Source: Candidatus Yanofskybacteria bacterium
GTDB taxonomy: Bacteria > Patescibacteriota > Minisyncoccia > 2-02-FULL-40-12 > GWA2-44-9
Length of the DNA stretch: 48,398 nt
Direction: 5' to 3'
Assembly: GCA_016181145.1 (NCBI GenBank)
Contig: JACOZW010000023.1
Location: 1 to 48,398 of the forward strand
Position numbers and translations under genes: made by a program
Shown: positions 33,801-40,470 of the stretch, in pieces
How the letters are laid out: each line of letters begins with the position of its first letter
Position numbering within the stretch: position 1 is the first letter of the stretch
Notes under the pieces: generated by a model
Told to the model about the DNA's origin: nothing
Database searches by the model: none
Seen by the model: the letters and a program-made list of their open reading frames with translations, nothing else

Positions 33801-33986
33801 TTACTTCGCTACCGGCCACTCGACTTCGACGCCGAGTTCCACGGCCGCCAGCAAAGCAAGTTCCCGCTTCTCCGCGTCGGTGAGCTCCTTGAGCTCGATG
33901 TTGAACGCCTTCAACCCCGTCTCACCCTTGTAGTCCTGATAACCGAAGAATTTCACCAGAACCTTCATCTGACCCATCTTTTCCAT
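33801..33986 (-). CDS. hypothetical 61-aa protein
   Basis: AGGAG 6 nt before the ATG, and protein-like composition. Confidence 0.5.
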   Translation of the reverse strand: MEKMGQMKVLVKFFGYQDYKGETGLKAFNIELKELTDAEKRELALLAAVELGVEVEWPVAK

Positions 33987-34036
33987 GACTGTCTCCTCTT
34001 ACTGCAAAAGCAGTATAATTGGAAAGAACTATTCCT

Positions 34037-34101
34037 CCCGCCAAAATCTTCAATATTTTTTATTATGATATATCATAATAAGTTTTGAAAATTTTGGCGG
34101 G
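34037..34101. repeat. GC-clamped AT-rich palindrome in an island spacer
   Basis: CCCGCCAAAAT (34037-34047) pairs with ATTTTGGCGGG (34091-34101). The inner palindrome is TTATTATGATATATCATAATAA. Confidence 0.75.
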
Positions 34102-34108
34102 AACCCAA

Positions 34109-34492
34109 TCACGAGGATTGGGGCTGCCGAGTAAAACTCGGCTCTTTAGCGCTCGTGGGAGCGAGCGCTTCGGCCATGGCTTTGCCCATCTGCGTTTTGG
34201 CGCGCAGATGGAGAAGATAGTCCTGAGCGGCTTTACGCTCAGACTGACGCTTCTCAAGAAGTGTAACGGTACCGACGTATGAAAACGTCTTGCCGTCACC
34301 TTTCTTGGCTGCCTCCTTCTGAATCAGATGGGCATGACGCCCACACAAGATCCAGCCGGTCAGGTCGTCAACTGTCACGGGCTTTCCGATCGCCAATCGG
34401 ATTGCCGTAACAGCCGGTACCTTCGCTTTTTCGGGAGCCATCTTGGCCTTGCATCCCGAAAAAGTACACGCTAATACAATCTGTTCACTCAT
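34109..34492 (-). CDS. hypothetical 127-aa protein with a possible Cys/His cluster
   Basis: AGGAGG 6 nt before the ATG. C9, C14, C50 and H53 are spaced like a zinc site. Confidence 0.55.
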   Translation of the reverse strand: MSEQIVLACTFSGCKAKMAPEKAKVPAVTAIRLAIGKPVTVDDLTGWILCGRHAHLIQKEAAKKGDGKTFSYVGTVTLLEKRQSERKAAQDYLLHLRAKTQMGKAMAEALAPTSAKEPSFTRQPQSS

Positions 34493-34833
34493 GCATACCT
34501 CCTAAAAGAAAAAACTGTAAAAAAACAAAGAACACGGGTAGTGTGGTGCGGAGTCTCTTGGCCCGAAGCCTCATGCCTGTTCTCCCCGCTCGAGTCACCC
34601 ATTCCGCTGTCTTATTTCGACTGCGGTAGTCTAAGTGCCGCCATCCGCTCTTATGAGCGAGATACTCTATGCTTGCGACGGTCTTCAGCCAACCACACCC
34701 CCATCAGAATCTTCATATACCGACAGTTAGATTAAAAACTCTGACGGGGTGGGGAGAATTGCCTGTTCTACTCTCCCCCTATGCCTGTTTATTTTTCGTC
34801 GGACTCAGCAGGCTCCGACTAGGGGTGTGCCTT

Positions 34834-35076
34834 CTATCGAAGAAGGCTGGCGAACCACTGCGGCTCGATGACGCAAATGCCGTTCTCTGCAAGAATGGAT
34901 TTCATATCCACCAGCAGGTCGGCATAAGCGCGCTGAGCCTGATCACGGTCCATCCCTTTCTCCCGAAGGAGAAAAAAGAATTCCTGGACGGTGACGCAGT
35001 GATCAACCAACTCCCGATGGGTCCGCATGCGGCCATCAGGAGCGGGCACCCACGTGAACAGCGGTTTGCTGCTCAT
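34834..35076 (-). CDS. hypothetical 80-aa protein
   Basis: Protein-like composition but no SD. Preferred over the overlapping 213-aa plus-strand ORF. Confidence 0.35.
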   Translation of the reverse strand: MSSKPLFTWVPAPDGRMRTHRELVDHCVTVQEFFFLLREKGMDRDQAQRAYADLLVDMKSILAENGICVIEPQWFASLLR

Positions 35077-35825
35077 ATAGAACGAAAGGATGGGGAAAAT
35101 GTGGATGAGTCACCGACTTGTCGGAGCGGTCCCTCCGGTCCAGACTCAGGTTTAGTCGGTGTGTTGCAGCGTCCCGCCCGCTCACATCACATTCTCCCCA
35201 CCAGAAACTTTATAAAAAATCTCTGGTGGGGGGCCGAGCTGATTAGGCTCGGCTTTAGTTTTTCTATTCTGCAAAGAACTCGAGGGGGTGTGACTTGGGC
35301 TGGATCGTAGCTCGGAGTAGCTTCTCCGGCTTCAGACTTTCGCGATCCATTTTGGTTCACCTTCTTTTTTTCGCTACGTATAGCGCTTCAGTTATTCCCC
35401 CTCCCACGGACTGTGCCGTGGGAGGGATGCTGAAGAGGAAGGTTCCGCACAACGCTGGCTTGCTAAGGGCCAGGGTCCCGTATGCGGTATTAAGTCGACC
35501 CTATCACACCCCACAGTTTTAACTGACAGGTTAATCAGCTAAAAATGTGTGGCGTGATAAGTACAATTTCCCCCTTTCTAGGCCGGCATGCACGCTGACG
35601 ACACAAGACGAAACTTATTGTAACGCCTTGTCCCTCCTGTACCGTCCGCACATTCCGGTCTGGAAAGAGGCCTCAATAACCAATTTTGGCTGGATTCTTG
35701 AGGTTCCTCTTAATCGGCAGAACTAAGATTGATTGGATGGGAGCCGCGATAATTATCTAGACGGCTTAAACCCGATACCTGAACCAATCCCTGCCCAAAA
35801 TTAACCTTACTTAACTTTCCGGCTT
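35077..35825 (-). other. approximately 740-nt ORF-free, hairpin-dense 5' leader of the island operon
   Basis: It lies between the minus-strand promoter (35826-35853) and the first ORF. Stops occur in all six frames. Strong stems include 35399-35409/35416-35426 (11 bp), 35196-35205/35222-35231 (10 bp), 35233-35239/35247-35253, and the long-range pair GGGGTGTGA (35285-35293) with TCACACCCC (35504-35512). Confidence 0.45.
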
Positions 35826-35853
35826 ATTATACACAAATGAATTATTTTGTCAA
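35826..35853 (-). promoter_or_regulatory. near-consensus sigma70 promoter of the island operon
   Basis: Minus strand: TTGACA (35853-35848), 16-nt spacer, TATAAT (35831-35826). The -35 box is one arm of the palindrome ATTTTGTCAAT-ACCC-ATTGACAAAAT. Confidence 0.55.
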
Positions 35854-36013
35854 TACCCATTGACAAAATTTTGTCTCTAAATAGCCATATTGTGGCTTAA
35901 ATACTGGGTTTTTTGACTATAGAGATGTCATCAAAAATTGACTAAAAACACAAAAATTATATAATTTTAAAATTTTTATTAAAAAAATTAAAAATTAAAT
36001 ATGTCAGCAAGCC

Positions 36014-36042
36014 TTGACAGAAATATAAGAATAGATTATAAT
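36014..36042 (+). promoter_or_regulatory. consensus sigma70 promoter diverging from the island operon
   Basis: TTGACA (36014-36019), 17-nt spacer, TATAAT (36037-36042). A second match, TTGACT-16-TATAAT, is at 35938-35965. Confidence 0.55.
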
Positions 36043-36048
36043 ACACAA

Positions 36049-36333
36049 AGCTGGGATGTCTCAATCGAGGATCCCGGCATCGTGGGGCAAGCACGCCCCA
36101 AGAAGCCAGGAGGCACAAGTGTCGAAATCTCACTCTGAAAAGTCCGCTGATAAGGACAAGATAGAGAAGATTAACGATACACAAACCCCCTCCTGCAAGA
36201 ATGGAGGGTGAAATGGGAGCTGGCTAAATTTACCAGAGTTCGGCCGACGATCGAAAAACACAGGGAAAAGTAAAAACAGAACAATGTCACAATGCCATTG
36301 AAACCGCCGTCGCACATGCGATGGCTTTGTTTT
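36049..36333 (+). ncRNA. approximately 285-nt transcript unit (sRNA and/or mRNA for a 51-aa ORF)
   Basis: It is bounded by the consensus promoter and by the hairpin GCCGTCGCA-CA-TGCGATGGC plus TTTGTTTT (36306-36333). Internal stems are TGGGGC/GCCCCA and CCCTCC/GGAGGG. Confidence 0.4.
36056..36211 (+). CDS. possible 51-aa hydrophilic ORF ending ...SCKNGG
   Basis: ATG lies about 7 nt after the predicted transcription start and no SD is present. It is below the ORF-track cutoff and coding status is unproven. Confidence 0.25.
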   Translation: MSQSRIPASWGKHAPRSQEAQVSKSHSEKSADKDKIEKINDTQTPSCKNGG

Positions 36334-37078
36334 ATCTCCCTAAACTATTCCAGAGGAGTTCAAAAACCGACCTAAACGAATCTGCCATTTCTTTATGCTC
36401 GATAACTACACCAGAAATTTTGCCCTTGAGAGCCATAACTGCTATTTTATCACCGAAAATTGTTATATCTGAGCCTAGAGACAATTTATCTTTAGATACA
36501 TATTTTGACTCGCGCAAAAACTCCTTATCGTCTCCGCTAAGGAAGGGTCCCTTACTAGAAGTATATATGAGCTTAGACGGTATTCTTTTTTGGGCTCTTT
36601 TTGAGGAATAGTCAGAAGAAAAATCAGGGAATAATTCCATCACGCTATCGAAATCAGATATGCCATAAATAAAATCAGACTTTGTTTTTAAAAATTCACT
36701 CTGGATCTTAAGAATCCCCTCTTTACCCTCAAAGAACCTGACTTGAGGCTTTGAATCAGAAAGATTAAAAATATTTGTAAGTTCCGGCAAAAGTTTATGA
36801 AGTTCTTCTTTTTTCTGTTCGAGTTCACCCCTTTGCCTTTCAATCATAGACTCTAAGTGTTCTGGTGATTCGGCTATAAATAGTTGCTTTTTACCCCTTG
36901 TTTGAGTACTGGCAAGACCCATTTTTTTAAGCGACTCAATCTGAACATAAGTTGTCGGACGATTAACACCGGCCTTAGCAGATATTTCAAGAGCAGTAGC
37001 CGGACCAAGCTCAAGCATAGCAAAATATACTTTGGCTTCATTCTCGGAAAGACCCAGGTTTTTTAATTGATTCAGCAT
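36332..37078 (-). CDS. TrmB-family transcriptional regulator
   Basis: N-terminal winged HTH: LGLSENEAKVYFAMLELGPATALEISAKAGVNRPTTYVQIESLKKMGL. Confidence 0.8.
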   Translation of the reverse strand: MLNQLKNLGLSENEAKVYFAMLELGPATALEISAKAGVNRPTTYVQIESLKKMGLASTQTRGKKQLFIAESPEHLESMIERQRGELEQKKEELHKLLPELTNIFNLSDSKPQVRFFEGKEGILKIQSEFLKTKSDFIYGISDFDSVMELFPDFSSDYSSKRAQKRIPSKLIYTSSKGPFLSGDDKEFLRESKYVSKDKLSLGSDITIFGDKIAVMALKGKISGVVIEHKEMADSFRSVFELLWNSLGR

Positions 37079-37114
37079 AGTTTCTATATTATACCATATA
37101 AAATATAATCAGTA

Positions 37115-37146
37115 AAGCCCCATGCTCAAACTTGGGCATGGGGCTT
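37115..37146. terminator. 11-bp hairpin terminator
   Basis: AAGCCCCATGC (37115-37125) pairs with GCATGGGGCTT (37136-37146). Confidence 0.6.
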
Positions 37147-37173
37147 AAAATATATCACTATCTTACTTGGCCT

Positions 37174-37524
37174 CTATAGACTATTGAGATCAGTATCGAT
37201 TGCCTGAAATTCAGCATCTAAATTACCGCCCGCATCAACCCCTCCCAAAGCCTGGTTAATCAGGGCGTCCTCCCTGGCATCCTGGTTTGTCTTGGACTGT
37301 TCAATCACAACTGGCTCATCATTCATCTGACCGATATACCACCAAGTAAAAGCACCTACGGCAATTAGCACTAATACGGTTATAGGGAACAAATAATTTT
37401 TCTTTTTCATCGTCGCCTGAGATACAGATGGCATCTGGCCGGACATGCCTTGACTGGGCTGACTCGCCTGAACAAGCGGACTGGAGGGAACATTCGGGTT
37501 TTGTATTTGGTTTAATTCGTCCAT
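37174..37524 (-). CDS. hypothetical single-pass membrane protein (116 aa)
   Basis: Q/S/P-rich N-terminus followed by one TM segment, FPITVLVLIAVGAFTWWYI. Confidence 0.55.
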   Translation of the reverse strand: MDELNQIQNPNVPSSPLVQASQPSQGMSGQMPSVSQATMKKKNYLFPITVLVLIAVGAFTWWYIGQMNDEPVVIEQSKTNQDAREDALINQALGGVDAGGNLDAEFQAIDTDLNSL

Positions 37525-37547
37525 ATTATTTAAGTTATTTTTTTTAA

Positions 37548-38375
37548 TTATGGGTTTGTGGTTACAGAAGGAGAGGGGGCTGGAGATACTGATATGGTGG
37601 GTGAAATCTCGGGCAAATCTCTTCCATGAGCTTTAGCAAAAGCCTGAGCCGCCTCATGAACTGCATTTCGTGCGACTTTAACCTTCTCAGAAACAACTTT
37701 CAGGTCCTCTTGTAACAACCGCCTCGTCTTACCAACATCGGTTTTTAATTTATCTTCAGTGCTGATAGCTAGACTATAGGTTTTAGTGGCTTGTACTTCG
37801 ACGGCTGTCTTAACATCACCAATTGCTGCCTGAGCCGCGACAACAGCCGAATCAACAGAGGAAACATCTACGCCCCGACCCTCGGCAACATCTGTTCTCT
37901 CGCCTATCCTAACTAGAATATCTTCTAGTTTCTTCAGGTTTTCCAGGAGGCGGTCGGTTATTTTTTCATTTAACGAATCGAGGTTCTTATCAATCTTCTC
38001 AACAACCTGCTTTTTACGATTATCTTTAATTTTTTCGAGACGCTTCTTTAGTTCCTCTCTCTTGTTTTCTATTCTATCTTTTAACTCTTCTTTTTTCTGT
38101 TCAAGCCTATCTTTCAGTTCTTCTCTCTTTTGTTCAAAATCCTGCTTGAGTTCTTCCCTATTTTGTTTTAATTCCTCTCTCTTATTTTCAGAATTCTGCT
38201 TCAGCTCTTCCCTCTTCTGCTCGAGTATCTGTTTTGCTTCCTCTTTATTTTCTCTTCTAGCGTCTTTAATCTCCGATCTTGATGTCGGTGATGGAGTCTG
38301 AGCAAAAACAGACAAAGCCAGACCCAAGCTAGCAAAAGAGATGACTGATATTTTTACTAATTTATTTTTATACAT
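37548..38375 (-). CDS. secreted coiled-coil protein with KREELK-type tandem repeats
   Basis: Signal-like N-terminus, then about 7 iterations of xKREELKxxxE, with a matching nucleotide periodicity at about 38021-38225. Confidence 0.65.
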   Translation of the reverse strand: MYKNKLVKISVISFASLGLALSVFAQTPSPTSRSEIKDARRENKEEAKQILEQKREELKQNSENKREELKQNREELKQDFEQKREELKDRLEQKKEELKDRIENKREELKKRLEKIKDNRKKQVVEKIDKNLDSLNEKITDRLLENLKKLEDILVRIGERTDVAEGRGVDVSSVDSAVVAAQAAIGDVKTAVEVQATKTYSLAISTEDKLKTDVGKTRRLLQEDLKVVSEKVKVARNAVHEAAQAFAKAHGRDLPEISPTISVSPAPSPSVTTNP

Positions 38376-38400
38376 ATACCATCAATTATACGTCAATATA

Positions 38401-39120
38401 CTAAAGAGCAACAGAAAAATTGTGGACAATAAGATAAGTTCCGATAATTGCGGCTGTTTCGGCTCTTAAAGTTAGCTTGCCCAAATTGAATATTTTAAAA
38501 TTTTCGACTCGAGCCCGCTCGAGCTCTTTATCAGTCCACCCGCCCTCAGGACCGATCCAAACACCCAGGGGGTAATTTCCAATTTCCAATTTCCAATTTC
38601 CAAAAATTTCTCCAGACATATCGAAAATAATATTTATGCCATTTCTATTAACACCACCCGTAGCATCTACAAAATTAACTGGATCTCGCAAAATAGGTAC
38701 AATTCCCCTGCCGGACTGCTCAGCAGCCTCTTTGATTATTTTCTCGAGCCGATCGGGACGAATATTCAGTTTAACCGTTCTCTCGGTAATAATAGGAATA
38801 ATTTCTTTAACTCCGGCTTCAGTCGCCTTCTGAACCACTAATTCAAAATTTTCCCTCTTTAATATCGAACAGCATAATATTATATGACGAGAAGGCTCAT
38901 TAATATTCGTATTGATTCCGCCTATCTCTACCCCAATGAAATCTCTTCCGAGTTCTTTTATCTCCGCTAACCCCTCGTTCATTCTGCCGTCACCAAGAAT
39001 TATTTTTTCCCCGATCTTTAGTTTAAGGACGCTTTTTATCTGATTAAAAAGCTCCGGATCTCCAATCCTTAGATCACCTGGTTTAATATTAAAATTTCCA
39101 ATAAAACGATGGGTTTTCAT
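38401..39120 (-). CDS. rsmE: 16S rRNA (uracil1498-N3) methyltransferase
   Basis: N-terminal PUA-like HRF..., and a C-terminal SPOUT knot with IGPEGGWTDKE. Confidence 0.85.
   Translation of the reverse strand: MKTHRFIGNFNIKPGDLRIGDPELFNQIKSVLKLKIGEKIILGDGRMNEGLAEIKELGRDFIGVEIGGINTNINEPSRHIILCCSILKRENFELVVQKATEAGVKEIIPIITERTVKLNIRPDRLEKIIKEAAEQSGRGIVPILRDPVNFVDATGGVNRNGINIIFDMSGEIFGNWKLEIGNYPLGVWIGPEGGWTDKELERARVENFKIFNLGKLTLRAETAAIIGTYLIVHNFSVAL
38574..38601. repeat. (AATTTCC)x4 heptamer microsatellite inside rsmE
   Basis: Four perfect tandem heptamers, encoding GNWKLEIGN on the minus strand. Confidence 0.9.
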
Positions 39121-39190
39121 AGCTTTATTCTATGTGGATTATCAACAATTGCAAGGAACATCAAGAGGAGTATCATTAAATTAATTAATA

Positions 39191-39243
39191 CATTCCGAAT
39201 TTCGAATTACGAATTATAAATCCGTAATACGGAATCCGTAATT
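39191..39243. repeat. TACGAAT/CCGTAAT-type short-repeat cluster, partly palindromic
   Basis: CATTCCGAATTTCGAATTACGAATTATAAATCCGTAATACGGAATCCGTAATT. Confidence 0.7.
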
Positions 39244-39253
39244 GACTTAAATT

Positions 39254-39604
39254 ATGTCAAAATTAAAAACAGCAACAGCTATGGGTTTGGGGGCGGGACT
39301 GGCCGCAGCTGCCGTAGGAGCAGCGCTAGGGAGTTATCTATTAACCGGCCCGAGGGCAAAAAATACAAAAAGGGCCCTTAAAAGCTGGGTGCTCAAAGCA
39401 AAAGGAGAATTGCTTGAGCAACTCGAGAAAGCCGGAGACGTAGGAGAAGATATGTACTATAAGGCTGTTGACCGGATCGCCGCAAAATATTCTAAAATGT
39501 CGGGGGTCGGCCAGAAAGAAGTAGATGATATGGTGCTTGAACTAAAGAAGCAATGGAAATTGGTAAATAAAGGTCTTGCGAAGGCGAAAAAATTAACCAA
39601 ATAG
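39254..39604 (+). CDS. hypothetical protein with an N-terminal Gly/Ala-rich TM segment and a helical C-terminal part
   Basis: Clean ORF with a terminator downstream. Confidence 0.55.
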   Translation: MSKLKTATAMGLGAGLAAAAVGAALGSYLLTGPRAKNTKRALKSWVLKAKGELLEQLEKAGDVGEDMYYKAVDRIAAKYSKMSGVGQKEVDDMVLELKKQWKLVNKGLAKAKKLTK

Positions 39605-39632
39605 TAATTGCTATACTCCTAAATAAAAAATG

Positions 39633-39654
39633 CCCCGCCTTGGCGGGGTTTTTT
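39633..39654. terminator. bidirectional terminator
   Basis: CCCCGCC-TT-GGCGGGG flanked by an A-run upstream and a T-run downstream. Confidence 0.7.
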
Positions 39655-39666
39655 ACATGCTTGCTC

Positions 39667-40158
39667 CTACTGGGAAGTTCTGACAATTCCGTGTTCGTCA
39701 ACAAAATAGGTTTCGACAATAAGCTCGGGAAAGCGAGCCAGGATATATTTTGCAGCCTTTTCATGCTCCTTAGAGTGAAACTTAAATTCCTTATCGTGGT
39801 CGTTATCAAAAGCAGCAAAACCGCCGTAAGCTCCGCAGTCATGATGAGTGAAGAGCATTACTCTGTTCACATGATGAAGACGGATGGATAGCTCGAGTTC
39901 ACGGATATTGTAATCACGGTCACCCTTCTTAATGGGCGAAGAAAAAACCTTAGCTCCTCCAGCGGGAGTTTTCGAATCAAGCCGGTTAATTCCCCCTACT
40001 TTGAGGTAATTTTTGTAAACTCTGAAAAATCTATCATCTACACATCTGACCACATAAGCTTGCGCCCTGTAATGGTCAAGTGATGATTTCTCATGGAAAA
40101 CATATATTCTTTTTGCCTTTGCCTGATCCAACACGGTCTGTCGAATCGGTAATTCCAT
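39667..40158 (-). CDS. small protein with beta-carbonic-anhydrase-like zinc ligand pattern
   Basis: VRCVDDRF (CxDxR) and THHDCGAYGG (HxxC) in the order expected for beta-CA. At 163 aa it is short for the family. Confidence 0.45.
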   Translation of the reverse strand: MELPIRQTVLDQAKAKRIYVFHEKSSLDHYRAQAYVVRCVDDRFFRVYKNYLKVGGINRLDSKTPAGGAKVFSSPIKKGDRDYNIRELELSIRLHHVNRVMLFTHHDCGAYGGFAAFDNDHDKEFKFHSKEHEKAAKYILARFPELIVETYFVDEHGIVRTSQ

Positions 40159-40220
40159 GGACCTCCTATCGAAGTGAATGCACTCCGAAGATTATACCAA
40201 AAAATCAACAATTCGGCAAG

Positions 40221-40460
40221 TTAATTAGCCAATACTGTAGCTTGATTATTTTCTCCAATTTCTAAAAATCCCGACTTAATATCGAAATTAACTTTTTCAC
40301 CACCTTCTTTAATAATAACCGCCTCGCCTTTTGCTAGCTGAGTGATCAATGGCCTGTGATTATCAAGCACAGTAATCTCCCCCGAAGTTGTCTTTAAATT
40401 AAGCGAGCTAATCTCACCCTCAAATTTAATTCCTTGTAATGTGATGATCGATAATTTCAT
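40221..40460 (-). CDS. atpC: ATP synthase epsilon subunit, N-terminal beta-sandwich only
   Basis: 79 aa, with LQGIKFEGEISSLNLKTTSGEITVLDNHRPLIT. The C-terminal helical hairpin is absent. Confidence 0.8.
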   Translation of the reverse strand: MKLSIITLQGIKFEGEISSLNLKTTSGEITVLDNHRPLITQLAKGEAVIIKEGGEKVNFDIKSGFLEIGENNQATVLAN

Positions 40461-40470
40461 GAAAATAAGG

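Noticed and set aside
32730-35076. An integron-like cassette array (small same-strand ORFs with palindromic spacers).
   Set aside because: Most ORFs abut or overlap without intervening attC-like sites. No intI gene or attI site is present. Only one spacer (34037-34101) has an attC-like imperfect palindrome.
34669-35310. A 213-aa plus-strand ORF in the island. The small ORFs 34063..34299, 34085..34282, 34541..34735 and 35295..35522 fall in the same category.
   Set aside because: Its composition (rich in R, L, S, P and H) is typical of out-of-frame GC-rich DNA. It lacks an SD and runs across hairpins and a terminator. It overlaps the better minus-strand ORF.
35474-35501. A group II intron domain-V-like string (GGGTCCCGTATGCGG...).
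   Set aside because: Only the CCGTAT part resembles domain V. The 3' half (ACGTACGG), the GNRA loop, the 5' GUGYG boundary and any IEP/RT ORF are all absent.
35285-35512. A tmRNA-like 5' end on the minus strand (GGGGTGTGATAGGGTCGAC, similar to GGGGnnGnnnnGGnUUCGAC), with a complementary TCACACCCC about 220 nt downstream.
   Set aside because: There is no T-arm (GGTTCGAnTCC-like) before the 3' strand. There is no G3-U70 pair in the would-be acceptor stem, and no tag reading frame ending in a hydrophobic tail. The span is far too short. I treat it as a long-range helix of the leader instead.
36056-36211. A functional link between the GG-ending 51-aa ORF and the carboxylate-amine ligases at 15-19 kb, forming a Pup-like tagging system.
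   Set aside because: The two loci are 16 kb apart and differ in composition and presumably in origin. Translation of the ORF is unproven. Pup-type substrates end in GGQ or GGE rather than GG. This is noted only as a remote possibility.
36110-36300. RNase P RNA-like strings (GAAAAGTCCGC versus GGAAAGUCCGG, and AACAGAACAATG versus ACAGAACCCGG).
   Set aside because: The two strings cannot pair to form P4. No P1 pairing of the ends exists, and the unit is too short.
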